From contig NC_134026.1 in NCBI RefSeq assembly GCF_964204645.1, forward strand, positions 26,384,150 to 26,448,149: a DNA stretch of 64,000 nt, given 5' to 3'. The position numbers and the translations under genes were made by a program. Below, piece after piece: positions 1 through 13,900 of this stretch. Source of the DNA: Tubulanus polymorphus (lineage: Eukaryota > Animalia > Nemertea). The notes beneath the pieces were generated by a model. The model was not told where the DNA came from and made no database searches. It saw only the letters and a program-made list of their open reading frames with translations. The first letter of the stretch is position 1. Each line of letters starts with the position of its first letter.

Positions 1-3000
1 AGTTTGTTGTTGTACGAACGACTTTCGTCCGATCAGCTCTTTCAAAATTTGACTTGGCCATTTCATAGTATTCACCATCGCTGAGTGTAAATGATTTCAA
101 ATGCAGACACTTCAACCTGAAATAGACAAACATTTTTGTTGAATTAGAAATGCATTCATACACAAAGTGAACTGGTTTCCATCTGCCAGCTAGTAACCGA
201 TATAATTACCTAAGATGGTCAATGAACTTGCTACTTTTATCACTGTACCGGATTGTGTATGGATCCCATTGAATCTCTAGTCGTTCCATATGCGGACAAT
301 TCTGAGCGAACTCCTCAATAATCTGATCAATGTGAATTCGTGTTGATATTTTCAAAAACCAACCATCCGCTGTCCCAAGCACGCAAATCCTACAAAATCC
401 ACTTACGTAATTAGATTCGCTGCTCATTAAATTTAAGATTGAAACCAAACAATAACTCACTTAATTTTCTTGAAACAAGCAATTGCATTAACCCAAAACT
501 GTTCGGCTATTTTTGGCTTGCCAGCAACCATCAATCCAAAAAGTTGATGTCCATGTACTTTAATGAAGTGACTTATAGCGGCCTCTGATAGAGTAGTTGT
601 GTTTCTGACGTCCAAAGCTTCAATATTGTTTAGTTTGCCTTCTTTCATGAGTCGATCTAACACCTGAAAAATATCCCTCAAACCTTTTACTACTGAATAC
701 ATGCAATGCTTAAGAATATTGAAGAAAAGCAATCTAAAAACGAACTCACTTTATCGTTGAAAAAATCGCAGAAACCAACAGCTAGATAACGAAACCCGGG
801 CATCCGTGGAAGAACATTCTCCAAACATTCAGCTGATAATTCTGTTGATGTAATATCCAGCTCATCAATTACACTATTCTCCCATGGGACAGCTTCCATG
901 TAAGCATCCTCAAGACCTTAATTACAAAATTCATCATATCAGGAAATAAACCAGTATAAACAGCCATCTGAATTCTTCATATAAAGAAATACATACTGCA
1001 ATGTTGCATGAGCAATGTTCGCAGTTTCTTGCACTTCTGGATCAATACTTTAAGCGACTGGCCCTTCACTCTTAAACAGAAGTTTAGAGCAAGAGTTTCC
1101 AAATGGATGCAGTTCGACGAAAGGGTCTCAATGTGTGAATCATCGATAAAATTTATCCCGTACAAGTTGACTACTCGTAAATTTGGCGTGTGTGATTTGA
1201 TCTTGCTTATGTTAATTACTTCGTAGATTTCCTCTTCTTCCTCATTTGAAAGTTCAAATGTACCTTTATAGGAAAGAAAAAATCGATTCATTAAAACGCC
1301 ACAAATACGCATGCACAATATATAATTGCGGATGGAAAATTAATGAATCCAATTTACCAATAAGATGAAGAACTTGTATCGAAGAAAGACAGCTGTATAT
1401 TCTCCTCATGAAACCTTCCATGAAAATGACCTCAGAAAGGCTTATACAGAGGCTGTACAAGTTACAAGGAAAAGCGCTCAAATCATTGAAGTCGTGAAGT
1501 TGCATAGCATTAGAAAAATCCAGCACCATACGCTTGAGATTCGGACATTTATTGGCAACTTCGTGTAGAATTGGAGCCGTGACCAAATCAGACGGCAACT
1601 CAATATAACGCAATGTCGAACCAAAACGAATGCCGATCAGAGCCAGCAGTGCCTCGATGTTGTTGACATAGAGACCGGAGAATTCTGGCCGAAGCGAGAC
1701 ACTTTGCCACAATCTGCTGTCATACGCGATCAAACGCCATTTCTTGCAGACTGACGCAATTTGACACAAGTCGATATGTCGAAGGTAGGAGAAGATCGAA
1801 AGAAGAATTTTGTCAGGAAGTTTCGAAATATGTCTCTAGAAAAGATAAAACTTTTTCATGTTATCCACGAAAGCAACTTTTTTACTCGACATTTCATCTC
1901 GATTTAAACGAAAATTAATCTATAAAAGATGACCATGCAATAAAAATGTCCGATACTATTGCTACTGAGTCCTATACTGAATGCATGATAAACGAAATTA
2001 TTGTTCCTAAAGAAATCAAAATGGTGCAATATTCAACCTAAAAAATTTTGAATCATCTACTTAACTCTGCTATCTGTAAGGAAAACTATCATGAATAAAG
2101 GCAAAATCAATGATCAAAGCAAAAGTTTCCTAATTAAATATCAATCTAATTACATTGTGTCCTACAACATTCAAAACCTTTCTTACCTGAGAATGGTAAA
2201 AATCATGATCCTGTGTAGAATTAAAAATTGAACAAAAAGGTAATAACTTTGCTGATCGATCCATTAAACTGTTGCAATTTCTAAACTTACACTTTCTTTT
2301 GGGCATTGCTATAAGATTTTTCAATCATAGGACATGAAATATCCATTCACAAAAATGAATTTCAATGTTTTGTAAAATCTAAATCATGGGTACAAGTGGA
2401 TTACTTACATTTCGTTTTGTTTGAAGGTTAGTCCAATCCTGTACTATGCTACGATATGTTAAGTATACATTATCTCATGCATACTCAGAGATACTCGTCG
2501 TTTATCTTATTTCTGCTGCTATAGCCACCATGCAGTTAATCTGGTCAGTATTCATGTCAATCAACATAATCTAACAAAAAGATCATTAATGAATAATAAC
2601 ACTACATGCGTATTATTGATTTGACAGCAATATATTAGACCCACAAGTCCAGACCTACAAGATTGATAAAGAAAACTTTTTTTGCAGAAAACTTATCTTA
2701 ATAAATGCAGGGAGGATTGCTATTTTCGGATTAAACCAGTTAGGTTTATTTTGATGGGTACATGCATTTATTAAACAAACCCAAAAGAAACATAATCTAA
2801 TTTATGCTTGTTTACTTAATTTACTCAATTCATGTTAAATAAAAAATGGTAATAAAAAACTGCAGGTAGGCCTCTCGAGTATCAGGTAGTAATCATGAGG
2901 ATATTAAATAAATCTAAATCACCCGTTAACTCTTCATAGAAAACGCTTTGGCTTAGTAGGATGCAGTTAAGGGGTCAAAACAAAGCAATTAGTAGTCTGC

Positions 3001-3165
3001 AGTCGTGTAATATAGTAGATTGAATTTTAATTGATTATCACGAACCAAAAACAATGCGGTATTTTCGATAATTACCGTTGTTAATGAGAATGATCTGTTA
3101 TCAGGTGAATACTGCTGCGCCTGAGACGCATCTTTAGCGATATCAAATAACGACGTTCGCTCCAT
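1..3165 (-). CDS. F-box/leucine-rich-repeat protein, multi-exon, 3' end runs off window start
   Basis: Exon 1 MERTSLFDIAKDASQAQQYSPDNRSFSLTT (ATG 3165, GTAATT donor) splices to F-box RHISKLPDKILLSIFSYLRHIDLCQIASVCKKWRLIAYDSRLW, followed by LRR-type exons (ORFs 1266-1769, 977-1318, 690-899, 457-732, 206-460) with GT-AG junctions. Confidence 0.88.
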
Positions 3166-3540
3166 TTCACGTATATTTCCACAGGCCCAAAAGAAATTCC
3201 AAAGATTAAGAAAAACTTTCTCTCAAACTTTCTCACTTCCTGTTTCTCCTTGTGACCTTGAGGTAATTATCTATGAAATCGTTTCGCATTTGCTACTTTT
3301 TAAGTAAACTCTATGGGTTTAAGAATAAACTATGGTCTTTCCAATTGATTTAAATTTCTAGTATGAAATTCATTTATGATGAACTTTAAATGCTTTTTCT
3401 CCGTCAATGTCGCTTTCACCTACGAAAATAAACGTATTTACTTCCGGGTTCAGTTGTCATGTCTCACTACACGGTTATTATGAATTTCACTAGTAAAACC
3501 ATTTAATGTCGTTAAAATTTAGTTAAAACCATCGATCATA
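3166..3540. promoter_or_regulatory. Bidirectional promoter region between F-box/LRR gene and ZIP13
   Basis: Divergent ATGs 375 bp apart; ETS-type CTTCC motifs (cacttcctgt ~3235, acttccgggt ~3440). Confidence 0.55.
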
Positions 3541-6500
3541 ATGTTTCGATCATTAACTACAATTGCTGTTTTATTCTGGATAGTAAATCTCGTATGTCAC
3601 TGCGACGGGGAGATACATAGAGTGAAATCAGTGTATTCATCTCCTGGTACTGGTGCACTACACCGAACTGTTGTAGCTACTGACATAAAACAGCAGAATA
3701 CAGATGACGATGTCAGTCACTCAGCTGATGCGACGCTGCATTCTGATACACCTGTGACTTCGAAAGAAAATTCTGCAATGTGCGAAGAAGACACCTCGTC
3801 AATTCTTTTAGGTTTTACACTGACATTGAAATTAAAGATCTGGATATTTTCTATTTTATCTGCAATTGTTGTCGGATTAAGTGGCATCCTACCATTACTG
3901 ATTATTCCTCTTGATCAAAGTTTAGATCTTCAAAGTGGACGTAAGTAAACTATAAAAAAATGTAATTAGAATTTTACTTAAAGCGTTTTTGGCCTACCGG
4001 TACTGATACACTTAAATTTATCTATGTGGCAGGCCGGGGCATAAGGAAAAAGATGCTTATTCACCTCATTTATGCTTTTAAGAATCACTTGTCGATTCAA
4101 ATTAACCTACTAGTAGTATGATTTAAAATTCGTGACTTAGAAATAAGGCAATAAGTGTTATGGCAGGAATTTATGATTTATTAGCTTCATGAATAATGAC
4201 CTTTGTGTGAATTGATTTGATGTTTGGACTTCAGACTTTGTAGATTAGACTCTTACGTAAGGGGTTTCATTTGACAAAGGATTTGTAGGTTATTCATATG
4301 TACAGCGTCAGCCCTAGACGGACAGAAGTTCAATGATGATATTATAATCACACTTGTCAGGAGTATTTCATTTCACGCATTATAACCCATCCTGAGAAAA
4401 ATGACGAATTGGGTCCTCCTGGCTTTTCATATTCTGAACTCAATGTGAGAAGTATTTCAAACAAACTTAGGAATACTTTGACTGTAGATTTTCAGATATT
4501 TCTTGAAAGACTTAATGGTAACCCTACAGCTAATATGAAATTGTACGATTTATTTAGGTCACTAAACTATTATTATTTGTGACTTTAGAAAAAAGGGTCA
4601 ATCATGTGTTTCATCAAACATTTTTTCCACTGATTCAGAAAGCAAGATCTAGTGTATTCCATAACCTGTAAGACTAAGATCATTATGAACTATAAATGTC
4701 TCTTTCAATCTCCAAAACCTATCAATTTATCACTGATTAAAGATTCAACATGTGGAAAATAGATAAATGCTTCATGCGTGGACATATAATTTGGATCAAA
4801 GAACTCAATTTATTTGATGTATTCCTCAAATTGACATCATTTTCCACCAAGTTGCTTCTTGTGATCGATCGGTGTTGTAGGCGCTATCCCATGTTCAAAT
4901 GTTTTGTGAAAATATGTTTTCAAATACATTGTTATCAAAATTGATGAGATTCAGTTCGAGTCCTGCGATCTATTCAAAAACACTTTTAAGCCTGTCTAAC
5001 TCTTCTATTCATACAGCTTTCGTCTTAAGTATCTAAAAACAATACACATATGCTGGTTGTTATATTTATATACCCTGTTCATGGATTAGAGGCTACGGTG
5101 ATAATGCTTTGGGAAAATAATGGGATAAAACAGGAAAAGGAAGTTGTTAGAGAAATTCTTCATTGCTAAAAAAAACTGATATTAGATTATACAAAAACCA
5201 TTTATTCATCTTACCTGGTCAGATTGTGATAGTGCTTTAATGGACATCTTTAGTTTGCTGACTACTCTTTGTGTATTCTATCCTGTACTACTGACACTTG
5301 AGATTAATCTGAAATTTTTTTCATAAACTCATCATGTTTCTGCGTATTGTTATAGGCGCTTAAACCCAGTTTGTTCCCAGGTCGATCCAGTCAGAGATCA
5401 AAAATTCATACATATGGGAACACATACCTCTCTTCACTTGTGGTATAGAAGCGTTTGGTATGGAACTGCAGTTCTGTCCGTCATTAATCTGATAAAAATG
5501 AATAAAAAGTCTATTATGTGATGTCCTGACAATAACTTTCAAACCCTATATTTAGTAAATTTCAGGGACTATGGAATGATATAAAATCGAAAATAACATC
5601 ACGTTAAAATAAAACGCTGCCTTTTACCTGCTCTTGATGGTTGTATCATGTCAGTTGTCTATACACATTTCTATATCATTCATTTTTCTCAGCCTAGGTA
5701 TAATTATGTTTTGCTATCATCTTACATGAAACACTACATATTCTAAAATAAATAATCTCCATATCCGTTCTGTTACTGACAATGTTTTATTCGGGAAACA
5801 CATTTTGCTTCTGCCATTTTCAGTTTTCATATCATTTTAATCGCTTGATAAAATGATGCAGTAAATTGAAATGTTATTTTGGTTATCTTTTATGGGGTAC
5901 TCGGTGAATGCATTGAATTCATTATTTCCATATGTGAATCTGTTCCATCGAACATTAATGAAAAACTAGCAGTGATTTCATGGTTATCTCTTCTTTTCCA
6001 GCTGCTGCCAGTCAATTGAAGCTGTTACTTAGTTTTGCCGTTGGAAGTCTTCTTGGAGACGTTTTTTTGCATCTGTTACCAGAAGCTTGGCTGCACGTGA
6101 ATGGTAGTGACACTATTTAGCATTAAATGCTTGATTTAATCATTTACAGGCACTATTTGATTTTGTTTTACTTAGAAATAGAAAGATGAATTTGTGTTTT
6201 ATCATTTTTCCCCAATATAGACACTTTTCACTATAGACCATGAAATATAGTTTATTATGATACAGTAAATGTGTGGGTGATAATTATAATAATGATTTTA
6301 ATCCGGCTAGCGAATGGATTATGCGTGAAAATTTATATTTGAATAAAACAAAGTATTATCTGTAAGGGGCTAAAACGTGTTACATATGAATTTTAATGAT
6401 TTAGTTCTGCTGAATTTAAGAATTTTTTCGGATATGTACTTTCAGATGAAAATGATCGAAGAATGATCGGTTTGTGGGTTATGGCTGGGATATTAACGTT

Positions 6501-8272
6501 TTTGATCATTGAAAAATTATGTTCTGAAGAACAACCAGCTGGTGCTCACGATAAGGTAAGTAAAGAACTATTAAGAATCTATTGGAGATCATTGGAAATC
6601 CATTAAAATGTTCCAGATGGTCTCAAGTGACTTGTGCAAGAATAGTGTCAAAAAATATGTTGCAAAGGAGCCACATATTCAATGTATGCACTTACTTTTT
6701 CAGTGCATTTCAGTGATTTCTTCTGTCAAATAATCTTATTTGCAGGATGATGAATTATCGTCAAAAGCCATTGAAAAATGCCCAAAGAAATCATTGACAA
6801 ATGGTGTTGTACATAGAACCCGAAATGGAAAAACTCATGAAAATAGCAAAATATCAGAAAAAGAAAGTCATCAGAAAATTTCAAAAAAGAAACATAACTC
6901 AGAGAATAAGTCTCCACATATACATGTAAGATGAGAATGTGGAATGAAATGATGATGTTGTAGGCAAAAATGCAACATAATTGTTATTTGCCATTGTATT
7001 TTCATTTCAGATAAGAGGTTACTTGAATCTAGCTGCGAATATAATAGATAACTTTACCCACGGTCTAGCACTAGCCGGCAGTTATCTTATAAGTATCAAA
7101 GTATGTATGAACTTTGGATGTCGATTGTATTGTCTAATTATTTGAATAAATTTGATTCAAGTTTGAAGTAGATTTGATGAATTTTTATTCAGACCAGTGA
7201 ATGATTCAGTTGAATCTAAGAAAAGTTCTTTTTCAGGTGGGGCTTCTTACCACATTCGCAATTCTTGTTCATGAAATTCCTCATGAAGTTGGTGATTTTG
7301 CAATTCTTTTAAGATCTGGATTTGATAGATGGAAAGCGGCAAAAGCACAGGTAAATGTATTTCAATAATGTACCGGGTAACAGTTCGAATGATGGTTTCA
7401 TTTGCAGCTGTCATTAGTGATTAAACTAGAATTTAATCTACGCTCATACGATAATATATAGATAGTTGGCTTAAGTTATTGTCTATTATCAATTGTGTTG
7501 ATACAAAAATCTGATTTTAATGTTGACATCTGGCTTGATTTTCTTTCAGGACAAAGATCCAATACTTTTAAAAATGATGTTCAATTATTTCATTACAGTT
7601 AGCCACCGCTAGTGGGGGTATTCTCGGTGCCCTGACAGCATTAACAGCCTCCTCTGCAGAAGTTGCGGGTATATTGATTGAATTTATCACTTATACATTT
7701 AATCAAGTTCATTGTTATAGATTTCTTTCAATAATAGTTTTACTAACTGTTTGAACGGTTATTGCTGTTATTAGTATTGGCAACAGCTGTACAGCTGGAT
7801 AATAATGCGTGTTATAACTTTAATTTCCCCCTGAAAACATTGTTGGCAACCACCAGGTGTATTTAATAGACAAACAAATCCATAGCTATTGATCATTTAT
7901 CCTTATGAAATAATGTTCTGCTCGAAATATATTGCAAGCCATCTTGTAGTAAATCTCCTTTTAAAAATGTTTTAGTCATTAACTGAATTATAATTTTCTT
8001 TTTCTCATAAGGTAACAGTACTGCGTGGATTTTGCCCTTTACATCTGGCGGTTTTTTGTATATAGCTTTAGTGACAGTGACACCAGATTTATTAAAAGAA
8101 AGAAACCATAAGTAAGTGTGCATAATGTCAAAGATTTTTGTTTTCGACAGTCACGCTTGCCAAAAATGATTATCTTTAAAATTGTCTTCATTTCAGGGAG
8201 TCTTTCAAGCAGGTGTTTGGTGTATGTACTGGAATAGGAATTATGGGTTTAGTAACTTTGCTTTGCGATTAA
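3541..8272 (+). CDS. SLC39A13: LIV-1 subfamily zinc transporter ZIP13, multi-exon
   Basis: Signal-like N-terminus; TM1 [23 protein letters not shown]; [23 protein letters not shown] (~6020-6090); [23 protein letters not shown] (~7017-7085); [27 protein letters not shown] (~7270-7350); [23 protein letters not shown]; TAA at 8270-8272. Confidence 0.9.
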
Positions 8273-9524
8273 ATTACTAGTTGTCTATAGGAAGCAAAAT
8301 TTACTTCAATTGGATCTTGATTACTCCAAGGTTGAATTAAACGCATTTCCACATCATTATTAAGTACAGGACGTATTTATGTGCATAATGAGCATTAGAT
8401 GAATATGAGACATAATAGAATTGTAGACAACGGTTAGTTTTGAAAAGTATTCTTACTATGTTTATATCATTAAGGGTATCCTAGTGCTTCCAAATGTTCA
8501 TTTTAGGCAATCATGTTTAAGGCTGGAATAAGAAATGGATATATATATATTCCATAAACCATTAAGTGATACATGTTGAAGAGAAATTGTTTACTTCAAA
8601 TGGGAAAATGATATTGTATTGCGAAACTTGTACGGAAGAAAATAGCAAAGGCAAAAAATGAAGGATGTATTTTACATTCTATTTGGGCTTTAGGACATCT
8701 TTATCCAAGTGACGTGCAGGTTTCGATTATGACTTCAGTATGAAGCCATATGCGAATGATCAATGCTGTCATTAGTTTGTTTTACTCCACAGGTGTTAGC
8801 AATGTCAATATAACACAGGAAGTTGAATCAATTTATTCAGTTTGTAAAATTTATGCTCTTCCCTACAAGTAATTTCAAGTATATCAAAGCTGTCATTTCC
8901 ATGTTTTCCCTATTCACGGAATATGAAAGAGCATGTATTTTAGCAATAATACATGTAATCTCAATGGTGCTGTGATGAAATGTATGTGCATGTACATACA
9001 TTTCAATTGTGATAAGTGAATGTAAATATAATTTTATTTTAGGTTGTTAACAATATGTGGCCATCATGTGTTCATGATAGAGGCAATTTATTGCAAATAG
9101 CATAGGAAGTGTATTGAAATTTTATTGTTGATTGAAATTGTTGCTATGAATACAACATTGACGTATCGAATTTGGATGACAATTTAGTAGTCTATTATGA
9201 TTGTTTTAATTTTCAATGCTGAGTGGTAGATGGATATTTTTTCTTATGTAAATATTTAAAATGATGTATATGTTTTTTCATTTGATTTAGCATTTTGTCA
9301 TCTTCGTACTGATGGTGTGCTTGGCTGTATATTTTTGTGTAGTGATAATACTGCTGTTCAAAAATTAAGAACATACATATGCAATCAGTGCCGAACCTTA
9401 GACCGGACAGTGCATGTAGTTAGTCAATCACTGATGGTCAATTTGTTGTAGAATGATGGTTTTACCAACTGTGTAAATGAGCATAATCAAAACCTTAAGA
9501 TCCATACTTGTATTGTCAAAAGTA

Positions 9525-9685
9525 CATAATCAAACCCGCTTAATCTGGATTTTGGTCTAATCTGAACAATATTTGCAGTCCATTTGTACAATAATATACA
9601 AGAAAATGAATTTTAATCCGGATTTCCCATAAACTGGATGAATTTTGTTGGTCCTAAAATGATCCAAATTAAGTGGGTTCTACTG
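9525..9685. mobile_element. Degenerate Tc1/pogo-like MITE in probable ZIP13 3' UTR
   Basis: Imperfect TIRs (cataatcaaacccgcttaatctggat ... atccaaattaagtgggttctactg), each flanked by TA. Confidence 0.55.
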
Positions 9686-10538
9686 TACATGTACTTCTAA
9701 TATTGTTTATACAATGTAGTGTGGTCAAATATTTTGTGAACACATGTGATGACGTTGAAAAGCAATGCTAAAGGTCATCTATTGAATTCTCATCATTATA
9801 ATATTGTTTTACAATCAAGCTGTAGTAAAATTCTTATTCGTTCAATTCCTTACCCTCCTTTTAGAATAATGAAAGCCAATATGCAAACTATGCAATCATC
9901 AGAAACACTATGTTCATTTTAGAAAATTTAGGAATCAAACTTGATGCTTAGGATGATAGAAAAATATTTTTGATTTGCAATAAAAATATATATATTAAAA
10001 GCATTTTTTTTCATTTTTCTGGAAAATGTTATTAGTCACTGTATGCATATTGAGCATGAACAGTTTTCACAACTTCTGAAGGTTAGCTAAAAGAAAACAA
10101 GAGATCACTATCTAGATTATCTTTAATGTTTATTTGATTATATTGGTACAAAACTTTCAATGAGAAAATAAGCAGTAAACCTTGGATAAATTATAAAAAC
10201 ATGTATTTAAAATAAATATCTGGAGAAATCAAGCCAACCTTTCACAGTACATGAGCCAGTAGAAAAAAGCTGTTCTCTAGTGGCTTCCTTACAACGTCTG
10301 CGTCAACATATATGGACAGTACATTTAAAGATACTTTGTACAAGTATTAACATTTCTATAAAGTACGTTATATAAGAATTAGCACCATGTGTAAAAATCA
10401 CAGATGTTTCGTGCAACTTTCAAATTTCTTTGGAATGATTCATTAAAAGTCAGTAGCATTGTCGTTAATATCTATAGATCAATTAAGAATATATTATAAG
10501 GTTTAGGTATATTATGATAAACTATTAACATAAATAAA

Positions 10539-10682
<144 letters not shown>

Positions 10683-10964
10683 AGTCGCTTGACAAACTTG
10701 TTATGATTATATCCATCTTCAGATTGATTTATGAATAATCCAATAACCATATACTAAACTTAAGACATTAAACTAAAAGTGTAAACACCTGTATTAATGG
10801 TCAATGATGGTATATGTTACATATTCAGTGTTAACTATATGAGAAAAAGCACCTTTGAATTCAGTAATTACGAATATCTTTCCTAAGTGACCAAGGTGAA
10901 ATCTAAACATTGTCTTAAGAATTGTAGCATTCAGTCGATATGTACCAGCACAAAAGGTCATTTA

Positions 10965-13900
10965 TTAAATTCCTGCATCAGCTGGACAAAGTTTTAAGCT
11001 TACTTGACCACCTCCTGTTGTTAGCATAAACTTTTTGTGGAAGTTCACTAGATCGGGAACCCTACTGAATGTCTAAATATTTGAAAAAAAGTGTAAAGTA
11101 TTTTTAGATTTAAGTGGTAATTAGGAATATGAAACAGATAGTGGTATATTTTCCAGTCTTACCTGTTCACCTTCTTTCAATTTACCAAGTGCATACATAT
11201 GATTATCGGCGCGTTTTCTGATTGGAATATTACAGACTCGGCCCCCATACATCAGTACCAAAGTGCAGGGATGATTTTCACTCTTACGAACCAAAAAGTT
11301 TCCATCCTGAAGTAGAAACACAGAAAATATATATCAATGAAAGTGTTATTTTATATCGAGATAAAGGCAAATTCTAGGCACTGAATTCAACTTACAGAAG
11401 GAATTTGCATAAGCAAAGATTCGGCATCTGTTCTGCGGAGGCTTTCGTAATACCATGGATAAGTCTGAAGCTGTGCCTGTGAAGATAATTATCATGAAAA
11501 GAATCTACCCAGTAATGGAAAAATGAACATGTTTTAGAAAAGTTAACTTACTTGTTCAGGATCAACAGTTGGTGGTGGAACAGGTTTTGGTGTTATGGGC
11601 AAAGGTAATGGTGGTCGTCCTTAAATGAAGAATCAATCGTAGTGAATGGAAAATATAGTGCTTTGACTGCCGTATAATGGCCATAATCCAAAATGCGGAT
11701 ATATACCATAATTAAGATTTTACCTTTTAATTTGGGAGGAGATTGTATTGAAGGAGCGCTTGCTGATCTGGGTTTACCCTTATTTTCAGGTGAAGGAATG
11801 GGTGGCTTCACTTGATTTGGGCGATCAGTTCTGTTTCTCGGTTCAGATACATCTGAAAAATATGCCAATACTGAACAACTAAAATGCAAAACTTAAAGCG
11901 AAAACTTAAATTTCAATCTCATCACCAAGAAAGTGATCTTCTTACCCGGTAGGCCCTATGTGAAAGAAGCAGTTTCATGCATTGCATATTTTCATCAGAC
12001 ATAATGTGCGATTAAGCGTAAAAAACAATGAAACTTTATTTTGAACCTACTTGATATTTGTGAGAAAGCATCGGGCGATTGTGAAGTAGGCCACTTGTGA
12101 TTACTTTTTTGAGGAGAATGTTGGTTAACTGATGGTAGTTGCTGTGCTTTTGGTCGACTGGCGGGTGAATTAGATGTATTAGCAGGAATTCGGGAGTTAC
12201 GTTTTGAAAGCTCACTCTGTAAATGCTCAGCAAGGCTTAGCGCACGTTTTGCCTTAACCTTGGATAAAATACAAAAAGCAGAATCTTCATTAAATTTGAT
12301 GAGAATGGATTGAGCAATATTACAGTTGGTGCATAATGTGTTTAATATATTATATGTACTCCGATGATACTCACAACTAGTTTTTACTTCAACCTTAAGA
12401 CAGTGAATAATATTCATTGGGAATAAAAAATGAACTATGATAAATTTAGATTGCATTCAAATTAAATTGAAACATCTAAAACATTTCAATAATCAAATCC
12501 ACTGGTGGTGACGAACAATACACTTGGTAATCCCAATTCTGTCCTAGCTGGGCCTTCCCCCTAAGTGGGCTAAAAATTGTGAAACCATTGAATATTACCT
12601 GCACATGAGTATTATCATCTGGATTTTCATAGACTTCTTCATCCTCATCTGAAACAACAATAAAGGATTGTTTTGATCTGTTACAATGAACTGTTAAGCA
12701 TCTTGATAAACTGTTCATTAACAAGTGGGGACAAAGCAAAAGCTAGACTTACTGTCTGGTACAACACATGGACCTGGATTTAAGTAATCATCCTCATCAC
12801 TTGAAGAAGAATCCTTATGAAACACAATGAGAATGAGAATAGATTATAAAAAGAGTTGGGTATCCACAAATCAATGTACCTCTATACCTTGGAGGATGTG
12901 GAAAAGATACACTTACATCAAAAGTTGTGATATGATACTGGGTGTACACAAACCTTATATCCTAGTATAGCAAGAGTGCAATTGTGAATTTTGTTTAAAC
13001 TTCCTTATTATTCTAAACAAATCTTAAATATGAAAGATATCTGTTATTTTCATTATTGTTAACATTAAAATACACATTGTGACAATATGTAAATATGAAG
13101 CACTAGATTAGACAAGAAGCCTGTCGGCTTATATAGCTCAGCTGTCTTTGTTGTGGCTTGGAGCATAGACTATCACATCAGTATCTATTTGAAACTAGAT
13201 GTTCAGGGACATAATAGCCACTTGACAAGATAAATCTATAAATAGAACTAATTTGCAAAACATCCTCTATACTTATGTAGGCATCATCCCATAGATCATT
13301 CATAAAAAGTTTAATTCAAATTTGATAAAAACTGAAGAAGGTGTAGCGATTTAAGTGAAAATCTAAAAAAATTATCCCTAATTTGCAAAATTTATGCATA
13401 ATCTAGAATATGGCTCTATACTGGTTTAGACAATCCCCTATAAAAACATTCATACTAAGTTTGAAATCCGCTGAAAATTGGAGGAGTAGCGATTGAAAGG
13501 AAAATCTAAAAAAGGCCTAATTTGCATAATTTATGCAAAATCAAAAATATGGCTCTATACTTTTGTAGGCACTCCCCAATAGATCATTCATATGAAGTTT
13601 GGTTGAAATCTACTGAAAACTGGAGTAGAAGTAGCAATTTAAGTGAAAATCTAAAAATAGCCCTAATTTGCATAATTTATGCAAAATCAAAAGTATGGCT
13701 CTATACTTTTGTAGGCACTCCCCCATAGATCATTCATACCAAGTTTGATTGAAATCCGCTGAAAATCGATGGAGGAGTAGCGATTTTAGTGAAAATCTAA
13801 AAATAGCCCTAATTTGCATAATTTATGCAAAATCAAAATTATGGCTCTGTACTTTTGTAGGCACTCGCTGACCTTCGGTCACAGCGGAGCTAATAAAAAT

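Noticed and set aside
13250-13860. Regularly spaced repeats suggesting a CRISPR array
   Set aside because: Whole units are repeated with no unique spacers, the context is a eukaryotic intron, and there are no cas genes.
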